Source: a virus
Taxonomy: Duplodnaviria > Caudoviricetes
Direction: 5' to 3' (one strand)
Virus record (IMG/VR): IMGVR_UViG_3300014818_000016
Coordinates: 1 to 39,054 of that record
Length of the DNA: 39,054 nucleotides
Shown in pieces: positions 1 through 9,789 of this stretch; the first letter of the stretch is position 1; the number at the start of each line of letters is the position of its first letter. The translations under genes were made by a program, and so were the position numbers. Under the pieces are notes generated by a model. The model ran no database searches. It had not been told where the DNA came from and worked only from the letters and a program-made list of their open reading frames with translations.

Positions 1-950
1 CGTTAGGTACAGGTGGCATGGGTCTAACTAACGACCAGATACAGCTAATAAGAGATAAAGTAGATCAGGATATTACTGAGTTCTATGTGCGTTCAGAGCA
101 AAATACTTGCTCAGTAACTATCACAGAGCCTAGTGCCTCTGCTGTTGTTAATGAGGGTGATTCAGTCACGTTCACAGCGATTGCAACTGATAGCTCTACG
201 GGTGATTTGTCAGCGGGCATTGAATGGAAAGATGGCGCAACGGTTTTACATACTGGTGCTACTTTCTCAACTTCAGTACTACCTACAGGTAGTCGATTAA
301 TTACGGCTAGTCGTGCGGGTAGCGATGGTCAAGTGTCTACAGCTGCACGAAGTGTTCAGGTTAATTCATTAGTTAATGAAGCTCCTGTTACTGTAAATAG
401 CTCGCGTAATATTGCATTCAATCAAGAGTTTGAACAAGTGCCATTAGCGGCGTTTGTTACAGATGATAATGATGCTATTGATTGGTCAACGCTTGTAATT
501 ACGCAGCAACCAGTAAATGCGGCTGTAAGTGCGGTGCAAGATGATGTAACCGTAACTACAGTGAATGTGAATTACTCAGGTACGAATTACTCAGGGCCAG
601 ATAGCTTTAAATATACAGTGAAAGATTCGTCAGGCTTAACGTCTAATGAAGCAACTGTAAGTTTAACAGTTTTACCATTGACACCCGCGTCAGGTGCAAT
701 CGCGAGTAACGTTATCACTCGCGGTTCATCGTTTGATGTCGTAATGAGTAACTACGTTGCAGGACCGTCTATTGAATACGTCGAGGTGTGGGTGAAAGAT
801 GTCGCCGGTGACGGCACTGAATACCCTTGTGTCGTTACTGTCAATACTGACGGCCTTATTAGCGCCGATACCCCTACAGGCGCAGTGCTTGCAATGGCGT
901 TAAGTGGTGCCGATGTATTAATTAAACCTATAACGACACTCGGCTCGTAA
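1..950 (+). CDS. C-terminal part of Ig-like/PKD-like domain virion protein (gene likely starts at 38778 across the genome junction)
   Basis: Frame is open from position 3. VTITEP..V.EG.SVTFTA.A.D...GDLS..I.W and NEAPV...Y.G.DSFKYTVKD..G..SNEATV motifs are typical of bacterial Ig-like domains. Lies in the tail operon. Confidence 0.7.
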   Translation, partial: LGTGGMGLTNDQIQLIRDKVDQDITEFYVRSEQNTCSVTITEPSASAVVNEGDSVTFTAIATDSSTGDLSAGIEWKDGATVLHTGATFSTSVLPTGSRLITASRAGSDGQVSTAARSVQVNSLVNEAPVTVNSSRNIAFNQEFEQVPLAAFVTDDNDAIDWSTLVITQQPVNAAVSAVQDDVTVTTVNVNYSGTNYSGPDSFKYTVKDSSGLTSNEATVSLTVLPLTPASGAIASNVITRGSSFDVVMSNYVAGPSIEYVEVWVKDVAGDGTEYPCVVTVNTDGLISADTPTGAVLAMALSGADVLIKPITTLGS

Positions 951-968
951 GTAGAGAGTGCAATAATG

Positions 969-988
969 ACGCGCCTTAATTGGCGTGT
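969..988 (+). other. Intergenic hairpin (possible terminator or processing site)
   Basis: acgcgcc-ttaatt-ggcgtgt between two genes; no clear U-tract. Confidence 0.35.
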
Positions 989-1020
989 TAAAATTAATAA
1001 TATTATAGCGGCGGATTGAT

Positions 1021-1488
1021 ATGGCAACTATTGACGCTACTGAATTAGGCGCATTCGCTAAGCAGTACGCAGAACTTAGGGGGCAGGATTTAGAAAAGAC
1101 CTCAAGAGGGTTCTTTATCCAAGTAAGCACGAATATAATTTTAGATACTCCGGTTGGTGACCCGTCATTCTGGAGGTCAAAGCCGCCTGCTGGTTATGTG
1201 GGTGGTAGATTAAGAAATAATTGGTTTGCATCTACGATGTCACCAAGTACAAAAACGACCAATGCTAGAGGCGCTAAAGGCTCAGCAGCTATCAAGCGAG
1301 TGAATGAATCGGCTAGAAGTCATAAAATTGGCTCTGATATGTATCTAACAAATAACCTTCCTTATGTCAGGCGGGTAGAATTCGAAGGCTGGTCGCGACA
1401 AGCGGTCGGCGGAATGGTAAGAATAAATTTAGCCAAGGCAGAGAAAGCCTTGAAAGAAGCAGTAAATAACTTAAATAAAGGAGCCTAA
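1021..1488 (+). CDS. HK97 gp10-like tail completion protein
   Basis: TPV...GGRLRNNW and YLTNNLPYVRRVEF.GWS.QA..GMVR motifs; directly upstream of tail tube gene. Confidence 0.8.
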   Translation: MATIDATELGAFAKQYAELRGQDLEKTSRGFFIQVSTNIILDTPVGDPSFWRSKPPAGYVGGRLRNNWFASTMSPSTKTTNARGAKGSAAIKRVNESARSHKIGSDMYLTNNLPYVRRVEFEGWSRQAVGGMVRINLAKAEKALKEAVNNLNKGA

Positions 1489-1489
1489 A

Positions 1490-1930
1490 ATGGCTAATAG
1501 CTCAACTGGTACAACTTTAGCGGCTTCTGCTGCTGCTCCAGCAACACACGACCAAGCAGGCTTTGCTGCTTTATCATGGACTCCTGTTGGAAATGTCGGT
1601 GATTTTGGCGAACCAGGCGGAACAACTGAAGTCCTCGAATTTGTGCCAGTAGAAACAGGCATCAAAGAAAAGTTCTTAGGCGTTCAGGATAATGGCGGTT
1701 ATGATTTCGTTATTGCTCGCGACTCTGCTGAAGCCGGTCAAACGCTTTTAACTGATGCTTATGACAATCGAACGCAGGTTTCTCTTCAGGTAACACTGCC
1801 TGATGGCGATATTCAATACACAACCTGCTTTATTGCATCGCGTCCTATTAATATTGGTAGTGCTTCAAATGTTCTGACTATCTCGGTTAATGCCGTAATC
1901 TCAGGCGCTATTGTTGAGGTGATTGTATAA
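1490..1930 (+). CDS. Major tail tube protein
   Basis: AAPAT.DQAGFAALSWT.VG.V...GE.G, K..G..D.G and GQ.LL..A motifs; RBS aaggag. Confidence 0.85.
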   Translation: MANSSTGTTLAASAAAPATHDQAGFAALSWTPVGNVGDFGEPGGTTEVLEFVPVETGIKEKFLGVQDNGGYDFVIARDSAEAGQTLLTDAYDNRTQVSLQVTLPDGDIQYTTCFIASRPINIGSASNVLTISVNAVISGAIVEVIV

Positions 1931-2310
1931 TGCTTGATCTTTCAGGATTCGACTTTAAGAGGTTCGCTGAAGCTGGCATAGAATTGCAGCTTCTCAACCC
2001 TGTTGACGGCAAGCCTTTAGATGCTTTTATTAGCATCAAGGGCGAGGACTCAAACGAGTGGCGCGAGGCATTGTTAACTAATGCTAAAGCGGCTAATCCT
2101 GAGGTAGATCAAAGCGCAGATGATCAGCAGAGAAAGATGGCTTTCTCTCTGGCATCTATCACCACTGGATGGCGTGGCATTTCTGAAAAAGAAGAGGCTA
2201 TCGAATACAGCAAGGACGCTGCAATGGCTTTGTATTTCCAATATGATTGGATTGCTAATCAGGTTTATGTAGCGCTAAAGGATAGAGAGCGTTTTTTAGT
2301 CAACGCCTAG
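1930..2310 (+). CDS. Tail assembly chaperone (gpG-like)
   Basis: Between tube and tape measure genes; ends in a slippery heptamer. Confidence 0.8.
   Translation: MLDLSGFDFKRFAEAGIELQLLNPVDGKPLDAFISIKGEDSNEWREALLTNAKAANPEVDQSADDQQRKMAFSLASITTGWRGISEKEEAIEYSKDAAMALYFQYDWIANQVYVALKDRERFLVNA
2292..2298 (+). promoter_or_regulatory. -1 ribosomal frameshift site T TTT TTA (G to GT)
   Basis: Heptamer in correct phase. The -1 frame is open (SQRLEALELYASHLGWLHSTPEK...) and runs into the 2418..2729 ORF. Confidence 0.85.
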
Positions 2311-2729
2311 AAGCACTTGAACTGTACGCCAGTCATTTAGGCTGGCTGCACTCAACGCCTGAGAAATCCACGCAAAACAGGCTTACTTCTATTGGGGCGG
2401 ATAGCCAGTTAAATAACATGCCAAAGTGTGACAGTGTAATTCTCAGGCATTGGAATGAGTGTGGCTGCGCAATGGTAGGGAATAGCGGGGTTTCTCCCTT
2501 GACGTTTACTGAGATTGAAAGCTACAAGTCAGCAACAGGATTAAATCTAACCTCATTCGCTGCCAGTGCAATAAAGTTAATGTCTGACGCTTACTGTGTG
2601 TGGGTAGTTAAGGGCCGCGCTGTGGCTTGTGTTGCTCCATACTTTGAAGACACAAGAACTCAAGAGCAGAAGAATAAAGAAGTAGCTAACAAAATTAGAG
2701 CTATGGCTAAAAATAGGCGCAAACCATGA
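2298..2729 (+). CDS. Tail assembly chaperone T segment (expressed as GT fusion)
   Basis: Open -1 frame from the slippery site; PLTFTEIESY motif. Confidence 0.75.
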   Translation, partial: SQRLEALELYASHLGWLHSTPEKSTQNRLTSIGADSQLNNMPKCDSVILRHWNECGCAMVGNSGVSPLTFTEIESYKSATGLNLTSFAASAIKLMSDAYCVWVVKGRAVACVAPYFEDTRTQEQKNKEVANKIRAMAKNRRKP

Positions 2730-4132
2730 CTGTAGATGTTCACTCGCTCACTCTCAAATATAAAGATGGTGGCCTGCAAAAAGGCATAACTGATTTAGAT
2801 AAGTATGCCATGGCTGGCGTGCAGGCTGGGAAGTCCACTTCGGTATTTACCGATAAAGTCGGCTTAATGAATACAACCATTAAGCAAACCGGAACTGTTA
2901 TCCTACCAAAGGCACAAGGAAGCCTTCGTAAATTTACAGGCAGCTTAAAGCCAGCTAAGAACGCAGCACAATTAGTGGCGTTTCAGGTTCAAGATTTAGC
3001 TGTTCAATTATCCATGGGAACAAGTGCGCTAATTGCCTTCGGGCAGCAAGCGCCGCAACTTGCCTCGGCCTTTGGCCCTGGCGGCGCTGTAGTTGGTGCC
3101 ATTGTTGGTGTTGGCTTTGCTATTGCTGGCCCTCTGATTGCCGCCTTCTCTAGTGGTGAAGATGCCGCTAATGATTTTCAATCATCAATTGACGGTGTTA
3201 GGGATAGCTTAAAATCTACCCGGTTAGAAGTTAATCAAGGCGCTGTTAATCTTCTCAAGAAGCAAATAAGAGAATCGACTGAGGCAATAAACGAACTCAA
3301 CGAATCAACTGAAAAAACAAGAAAGGCCCGCCTAAGACTCAACGTTAAGAACAGAAAGATAGCAGAAAACAACGCTGAAATAGAAAAGATTGAAAAGATA
3401 AGGATAAGGAATGCCGAAGTATTGGCAGAGCTTTATGAGCAGCAAAACAAAATACAGGAAGAAGGCATTGAACGACTAGGCGGCAAGGCTTCCAAGTCGC
3501 TAGATCCAGAAGGCGACAGGTTGCGTCATTTATTTGAACTCAACAAAATGGATGTTGCCGATAAGAAGCGAACTGAGGCAGAGAAAACCAGAATAACAAC
3601 CGCAGCAGTTCGGCATCGTGAAGCTGTTGAGCGCTCAACCATATCGGCAGCAACATCGACAATGGCCAACCTCGTTGAGATTGCCAAAGCTGGCGGTGAA
3701 GAGTCATTTCAAACCTATAAACGATTAGCCCAAACTCAAGCGGCTATGTCTGCTGCACTGGGTATTATGTCGGTTATCGCTGACCCGCTAATACCAACGG
3801 CATTAAAACCAATTGCGATTGGTGCTACTGCTGGTCTGGCGGCTGTTCAAATTGCACAGATTGACGCGCAGCAATACACAGCAAGAGAGAACGGCGGGCA
3901 AGTCATGGCAGGCTCTAAAGTGCTTGTTGGTGAGCGAGGGCCGGAAGTGTTAGAAATTGGCGCACAAGGTGGCTTTATTACTCCAAATAGCAGGCTTGGC
4001 GGCGGTGAGTCAGTAACAGTAGTTAATCAAATTGGTAATGGTGTTTCTGGTAATGTTAGGGCAGAGATATTATCTGTAATGCCTAGTATAATTACAGCGA
4101 CAACAAAAGCAGTTCGGAGCGGTAGACGATGA
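2726..4132 (+). CDS. Tape measure protein (468 aa)
   Basis: FQVQDLAVQL..GTS.L.AFGQQ.PQL lambda-type N-terminal motif, helical Ala/Glu/Lys-rich body, C-terminal GG.V.....LVGERGPE. Confidence 0.9.
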   Translation: MTVDVHSLTLKYKDGGLQKGITDLDKYAMAGVQAGKSTSVFTDKVGLMNTTIKQTGTVILPKAQGSLRKFTGSLKPAKNAAQLVAFQVQDLAVQLSMGTSALIAFGQQAPQLASAFGPGGAVVGAIVGVGFAIAGPLIAAFSSGEDAANDFQSSIDGVRDSLKSTRLEVNQGAVNLLKKQIRESTEAINELNESTEKTRKARLRLNVKNRKIAENNAEIEKIEKIRIRNAEVLAELYEQQNKIQEEGIERLGGKASKSLDPEGDRLRHLFELNKMDVADKKRTEAEKTRITTAAVRHREAVERSTISAATSTMANLVEIAKAGGEESFQTYKRLAQTQAAMSAALGIMSVIADPLIPTALKPIAIGATAGLAAVQIAQIDAQQYTARENGGQVMAGSKVLVGERGPEVLEIGAQGGFITPNSRLGGGESVTVVNQIGNGVSGNVRAEILSVMPSIITATTKAVRSGRR

Positions 4133-4716
4133 CAGTTGATATTGATATTAAGCCAGACGCAGCTAGTCTTGGTATAGCTCCAAATATTCAGACCTTTACT
4201 AGTTCGCTAAATGCCTTTCAGCAGTTCAGGGAATTGCCAGGCTCTCGCTGGTTTGGCTCGTTCACTTGGTCAAATCGTCAGGGTGTTGATGCCAAGGCGT
4301 TAAAAGGCATATTCTCATCACTAAATGGCCCAGTCGGTACGTTTACAATAGCGCCGCCAGACAGCGAAAGCCTAGGCACATTTTTAGGTGCTGGAAAAGT
4401 TAACGGAGCCTCGCAAACTGGCAATCAATTAGTTACTAATGGCTGGGATATTAATCAACCGCTATTAGGCTCTATTGGTGATTACATTGAAATAAACAAC
4501 GAGCTTAAAATCTTAACGGCCAATGCTTCTAGTGATGGCTCAGGCAATTCAACGCTAACCTTTGCCCCTGCTATTCGTAAGAGTCCTGCCGACTTATCTG
4601 ACGTGATTACTACCAACCCTAAGCTAACGGCTCGAATAGTTGGTGAGTCGCCAGTATGGGCATTATCAGCGCCTATTATTCACGCCATATCAATTGAATG
4701 TAGTGAGGTTGTTTAA
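4129..4716 (+). CDS. Distal tail protein (Dit-like)
   Basis: Follows tape measure; VNGASQTG..L.T.GW and GDYI.IN.ELK motifs. Confidence 0.7.
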   Translation: MTVDIDIKPDAASLGIAPNIQTFTSSLNAFQQFRELPGSRWFGSFTWSNRQGVDAKALKGIFSSLNGPVGTFTIAPPDSESLGTFLGAGKVNGASQTGNQLVTNGWDINQPLLGSIGDYIEINNELKILTANASSDGSGNSTLTFAPAIRKSPADLSDVITTNPKLTARIVGESPVWALSAPIIHAISIECSEVV

Positions 4717-5283
4717 ATGTCTCGCGTTATTGATGATGAAACGGTGCTGGCAATGCAGGCTGATGTTGTTAGGCCGATAGTCTTGGTGAAGATTGCCACG
4801 CCTTCGCTTGATATATTAATGACCAGCGGAATGCAGGATATTGACTTTGGCGGAGACACTTACACCTATGGAACTCTTGGCAATATCAGCACAATACCAG
4901 AAACGGACGATTTAAAGGATTCATCTATATCACTAACCTTTAGCGCTGTTGATCCTGCTACTATTGCGGCCGTATCTGCTGCTGACTTTGTTAATAGTCC
5001 AGTTCAGGTTAGAGTTATGTTCTTCGACGAAAATTGGGTTTCAGTCGGCGATGGTTTATCGTTCTTTGAGGGTAGTGCAAGCTCTCAAAACATAGCTTTA
5101 GGTAAGCAAGCTGAAATTACGGTATCATGTAAGTCTAAAATTTCAACACTTAGCCGCCCTCGGTCTGAAAGATACAGTGATCAAGACCAACAAGCTAAAT
5201 ACCCGGGCGACCTGGGTATGCAATACGCATCAACAGTTTCAAGCCAAGATATTATTTGGCCCGCTTCGGAGTGGTTTGGTTAA
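4717..5283 (+). CDS. Minor tail tip/hub protein (DUF2163-like)
   Basis: C-terminal RYSDQDQQ..YPGD.G..Y......I.W motif; synteny. Confidence 0.7.
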   Translation: MSRVIDDETVLAMQADVVRPIVLVKIATPSLDILMTSGMQDIDFGGDTYTYGTLGNISTIPETDDLKDSSISLTFSAVDPATIAAVSAADFVNSPVQVRVMFFDENWVSVGDGLSFFEGSASSQNIALGKQAEITVSCKSKISTLSRPRSERYSDQDQQAKYPGDLGMQYASTVSSQDIIWPASEWFG

Positions 5284-8200
5284 TGGGTTTATGGAATGAT
5301 ATAAAGAAAGGCGCAACAGATATTGCGGATAGTGTTACAGATTCTGCTGATTCTATTGTTGATAGCGCTGGTGATTTTGGGCGAGCGGTAGGTAGGGGGG
5401 ATATTTCTGGTGCTGCCAATGACTTGCTATCTATTGTTGGCGAAGGTTTTAATCTAATAACCTTCGGCGGGCTTAATTTAGTTTATGACGCGCTCAAAAG
5501 CTGGGTTCTTCCCGATATACCGCCAGTAGATTATGAAGACCGCAAGGTTAATATCAATGATGCTGGCGCAGCACGAAAGCTAGTTTACGGAACTGTAAGA
5601 ACTGGCGGCGTTACTCGGTACGCTGAATCATCAGGCACTAATGACGACACTTTGCACCTAATTGTTATATTTGCTGCTCACTCTTGCAGCGCAATATCGG
5701 AGATTTACTTTGGCGACAAACTGGCCTTTGTTGGCACTACTGCGCAGGGTGACTTTGTAGGCAAAGCAACAGCTATATTTGAAACGGGCAAGCAAACAAC
5801 CGCTAACGCCGCAATCGTTGCCAGCACTCCAGATGGATGGACTAATAATCATAAGCTATTAGGCCAAACATACGCCTATTTTAAGCTTACTTATGACACT
5901 AAGGTGTTCGGCTCAGCCCCTAGAATATCAGCAACCGTTGTCGGCAAAGATGACATCTATGACCCTCGCACGCTAACCAGCGGATACACTGATAATCACG
6001 CCCTTATCGTTAGAGATTACATTACTAATGAATACGGCTTTAGCTCCAGTAATGTTTTAGAGCAATCGTTTATCGATGGTGCAAATATAAGTGATGAGCT
6101 TGTACCTAGTGGCTCAGGACTGACAGAAAAGAGATACACTGCTAACGGTGTCATATCTATAATAAACGCACCAGAAGGCCCACTAGAGAACCTCTTACAA
6201 GCTGGTGCGGCTTCTATTCAATACGTGCAAGGGACTTTTATCTATGTGCCGGGCAAGTTTGAGGCACCCAGCAACCCATCCATTAACTCGGATTTCAACT
6301 TTAGTGAGTCTGATTTAATCGGGGGCATTTCAATGTCACCCACTGGTGATGTTGAGGGTAGGGTTAACGCGGCCCGTGGTACTTATATTGATCCAAGTCA
6401 AAATTATGAAATTGTTGATTTCGTTCAACTGCTTATCCAAGACTACGAAACACAAGATAAAGAAATACTCTTTGCTGATACTAAGTTTCAATTCGTTAAC
6501 TCTGGAACAACCGCCCGCCGACTATCCAAGATAATGTTAGAGCGTTCGCGCTTCGGCGTTTCTGTGTCTGCCAAGTTTAAATTTAAGATGCTTGAATTTA
6601 GTGTAGGCGATAGAATTACACTGTCAGTAGATTTGCTTGGCTGGGTCGATAAAGTATTCAGGATTGAGTCGATGGAAATTGCGCTTGATGGTATTGATTG
6701 CGCACTTCAAGAGGATGGCGAATTAGTTTGGGATTGGAACGAGGGTGATGCCTTAGTAGTTACGCCTCCGCCAGCCGTTAACCTGCCAAACCCCTCTTTT
6801 GTTGCTAAGCCTCAAAACATCATGGCTAGTGAATCGCTATACTTTGCTAACGATAAAAAGACAATTAGAAGCCGCTTGCTAATAAGTTGGGATGGCGCCA
6901 TTGCTGTTCAGCGCTGGGAATTACAAGGCTCTTACCAAGGCAGTGAATTTTCAACACTATCTGACTACCTAACAGCCCCTAGCTTTAGGTTTGATGATGC
7001 TCAAGTTGGCGAATGGGTGTTTCGTGTTCGCGCTAGAAACGCACTAGGTGTGACAAGTGGATTTACTGACCTCTCTTTTACCTCGCTAGGTAAGACCGCA
7101 CCACCTGACGACGTATCTGGCTTCGTGGGGCTAATTAGACCTTATAGTATTGAATTATCATGGCTTCCTGTTTCTGATATTGACCTAGATAGCTACGAGT
7201 TAAGAATTGGTACTGATTGGGAAACTGGCGAATTATTGCAGCGATTAACAGCTTTGCGCTGGTCATGGGAAACCCGACCAACTGGAGTTGAACGCGTATT
7301 TATAAAGGCAATTGATACCACTGGCAATTACTCAGAAAATGCCATCATTGCAGAAATAACAATACTACCACCAAAAGCTGTTACGCCTCTAACCGCTTCG
7401 GTTATTGATAATAACGTGCTATTGCGCTGGATTGATGCAACGAATAGTTTTGCTATTGATGGTTATGAAATTCGCCGTGGTGACTCCTTGGATACGGCAA
7501 CGGTTATCGGCACGGTAAAAAGTACATTTACTACAGTGTTTGAAACTGAGTCGGCAACTTATCGCTATTGGGTTGCTGGTGTTGATGTGCAGGGCAATAT
7601 CGGCGAATATTCGTCAATCGTTGCTAACGTGGATCAGCCGCCCGATTTCAATCTACTATCTAACCAGTTATTAAATCTAAGTCTCGGAACTACGGTTAAT
7701 CTGGTTAATGAGATAATACCTGGCATCACTTGCGATGATGAGGATATAACTTGTGACAGTATCGAGGTTACTTGCGACTCAGACGATCAATTGGCATTAA
7801 TTGGCCCAGCAAATACCACGGAAACATGGGACGAGCACTTCAGGGCAATTCCTGAGTTTGTCCAGCCGCTTACGTGCGATGACGAAACGGTAACTTGCGA
7901 TAGTGAAATAATAACGTGTGATAATGATTACCAGTCGATTGAAGAGCTGACAGAGAATTATCCTTATTACTTACAACCAACACCATCAAGCGCAAGTCAT
8001 GAGCAGGTTATAGATTTTGGCGGCGAGTTTAGTTTGAGCCGCATCCAAATAACGCCAGATGTTGAAACTATTGCGGGTAATGCGACCATTCAATATACGC
8101 TGTCTTATTCTCAGGATGGAATCATCTATATTGATGAAATAGCGACTGAGGTTGTTGGTATTGACTTCAGATACGTCAAGGTTCGCGCAGACATTACAAG

Positions 8201-8501
8201 CGCAAGCGGCCTTGATATAATCCGCATAAATAGTATTCGATTACGTCTTGATGTTAAACTAAGAACAGACCAAGGCTCAGGAAGCGCCTTAGCTGGTGAC
8301 GTTGGCGGAACACAGGTTCTATTCGGTGTTGATTTCGTTGACGTTCAAAGCATCCAAGTCACTGCTAAAGGAACTGTAGCAATGTATGCAATTTATGACT
8401 TTGTTGATATTCCAAACCCGACAGAGTTTTTCGTTTATTTATTTGATTCGGCTGGTGCTCGTTTATCGAGCGACTTTAGCTGGACAGCAAGGGGCGTTTA
8501 A
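5283..8501 (+). CDS. Tail tip/central fibre protein (gpJ-like, FN3 repeats)
   Basis: R.LVYG.VR.GG and G...YDPR motifs, FN3-like repeats (GKTAPP.DV.GF). ATG 5283 overlaps the upstream stop (TAATG) and is preferred over the TTG at 5256. Confidence 0.88.
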   Translation: MGLWNDIKKGATDIADSVTDSADSIVDSAGDFGRAVGRGDISGAANDLLSIVGEGFNLITFGGLNLVYDALKSWVLPDIPPVDYEDRKVNINDAGAARKLVYGTVRTGGVTRYAESSGTNDDTLHLIVIFAAHSCSAISEIYFGDKLAFVGTTAQGDFVGKATAIFETGKQTTANAAIVASTPDGWTNNHKLLGQTYAYFKLTYDTKVFGSAPRISATVVGKDDIYDPRTLTSGYTDNHALIVRDYITNEYGFSSSNVLEQSFIDGANISDELVPSGSGLTEKRYTANGVISIINAPEGPLENLLQAGAASIQYVQGTFIYVPGKFEAPSNPSINSDFNFSESDLIGGISMSPTGDVEGRVNAARGTYIDPSQNYEIVDFVQLLIQDYETQDKEILFADTKFQFVNSGTTARRLSKIMLERSRFGVSVSAKFKFKMLEFSVGDRITLSVDLLGWVDKVFRIESMEIALDGIDCALQEDGELVWDWNEGDALVVTPPPAVNLPNPSFVAKPQNIMASESLYFANDKKTIRSRLLISWDGAIAVQRWELQGSYQGSEFSTLSDYLTAPSFRFDDAQVGEWVFRVRARNALGVTSGFTDLSFTSLGKTAPPDDVSGFVGLIRPYSIELSWLPVSDIDLDSYELRIGTDWETGELLQRLTALRWSWETRPTGVERVFIKAIDTTGNYSENAIIAEITILPPKAVTPLTASVIDNNVLLRWIDATNSFAIDGYEIRRGDSLDTATVIGTVKSTFTTVFETESATYRYWVAGVDVQGNIGEYSSIVANVDQPPDFNLLSNQLLNLSLGTTVNLVNEIIPGITCDDEDITCDSIEVTCDSDDQLALIGPANTTETWDEHFRAIPEFVQPLTCDDETVTCDSEIITCDNDYQSIEELTENYPYYLQPTPSSASHEQVIDFGGEFSLSRIQITPDVETIAGNATIQYTLSYSQDGIIYIDEIATEVVGIDFRYVKVRADITSASGLDIIRINSIRLRLDVKLRTDQGSGSALAGDVGGTQVLFGVDFVDVQSIQVTAKGTVAMYAIYDFVDIPNPTEFFVYLFDSAGARLSSDFSWTARGV

Positions 8502-9257
8502 ATGGCTGCTGATTTTGATAAGCCAACGGTAAGTAATACTCATGTAAATGTATTGTCTCAGTTGCGAGATAACCAAAACTCGCTAGCCCGTATGTTTAGC
8601 GATGGCGGCGAGGCTAACATACCTCTGCGCTCAGTTAGATTCCTAAATAACATCATGTATTTATGGAATGGCTCTATCTGGGAAGTTGCACCCATTGCCA
8701 TTAGTGGCGGCGGCACTGGTGCAGAAACAGCGGCAGAGGCTAGAGCTAATCTAGGCACTGATGTAGCAACTAACGTCACGGCTGGCGTGTTTGATGCAGC
8801 TAGAATCCCAACAATAAGTATTGCAGATAAAACTAGTGGCACTCTTGACGGTGATCGTGTTGACCAAGCAACGACAAGCGAACGTGGAACGATTCAGCTT
8901 AATAATACCTTAACCAGCACTAGTACAACGCAAGCGCTAACGGCTGCACAAGGTAAGGTTTTGGCGGATAGGCCTTACATATCTCAGTCAGGCAACAACT
9001 CGGCAGGATACTGGAGAATATGGTCTGATGGGTTTATTGAGCAGTGGAAAAACCTAATTACGCCTTCGGGCAGCAATGTCACATGGCTTCTACCCATTCA
9101 ATTCACTGACGCTTCGTCATTAATTGTAAGTACGAATAGAGTTGGGGTATCTCTTGCTAGATCGTGGACTATAAGCAGCTTAACTACATCTAGCGTGTCA
9201 TTCCTAAAAGAAGGTACCTCGTCAGAAAATAGCCATGTAATGGTTTCTGGGTATTAA
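8502..9257 (+). CDS. Tail fibre protein
   Basis: GGTGA.TAA.AR.NLG, ATT..RG..QL...L.STS...ALTAAQGK.L and GYWRIWSDGFIEQW fibre motifs. Confidence 0.8.
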   Translation: MAADFDKPTVSNTHVNVLSQLRDNQNSLARMFSDGGEANIPLRSVRFLNNIMYLWNGSIWEVAPIAISGGGTGAETAAEARANLGTDVATNVTAGVFDAARIPTISIADKTSGTLDGDRVDQATTSERGTIQLNNTLTSTSTTQALTAAQGKVLADRPYISQSGNNSAGYWRIWSDGFIEQWKNLITPSGSNVTWLLPIQFTDASSLIVSTNRVGVSLARSWTISSLTTSSVSFLKEGTSSENSHVMVSGY

Positions 9258-9291
9258 TTATTAAAAGAACTAAGCAGATAAGGGCTAAATC

Positions 9292-9789
9292 ATGACAATA
9301 GAACAAATAGGAATAGGCGCGGCACCTGGGGACAATACTGGTGACGGCCTAAGAACAGCGATGACAAAGGTTAATAATAACTTTTCCAATACTTCTCACG
9401 CTGCTAGTAAATTAACCGGCACGGCTCCAGAAAACGTACCCCTAAACTCAAACCTTGGCGACTCATCAACTAGAAATGTCGGCCTAAGCGCTGGCGATGT
9501 TCTTTCACCGGAAGGCGCAGGCCTTGATGGTGGAGAAACTAACTGGACTAGTGGTAATATGCAGCCGGAATTAACATCAGGGTTAGGTGTTCGGGTTAAG
9601 CTGAAGAATATCAGTGGTATTACAATATTCAATAATCAAGATGTTGCTGGCTCGTTACTTGCTCATTTTTTTATTAGTGGATCAGGACTGATGGTTGAGT
9701 CACTATCAACCCCAATAGGCACATGGAGAAATGTCAGCGATGCTAGTGTTAGTGACGGTAACGGCGCTGATTTTACGAGGATTTCATAG
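9292..9789 (+). CDS. Short auxiliary fibre protein with T4 gp9/gp10-like N-terminal motif
   Basis: IGIG..PGDNTGDGLRTAMTKVNNNF; C-terminal GTWR motif. Confidence 0.65.
   Translation: MTIEQIGIGAAPGDNTGDGLRTAMTKVNNNFSNTSHAASKLTGTAPENVPLNSNLGDSSTRNVGLSAGDVLSPEGAGLDGGETNWTSGNMQPELTSGLGVRVKLKNISGITIFNNQDVAGSLLAHFFISGSGLMVESLSTPIGTWRNVSDASVSDGNGADFTRIS

Noticed and set aside
569-595. GAATTACTCAGG twice in tandem
   Set aside because: Short in-frame duplication (NYSG-T-NYSG) with no sign of a separate role.
8502-9789. Possible diversity-generating retroelement or invertible fibre cassette
   Set aside because: No reverse transcriptase, invertase or template/variable repeat pair is visible.
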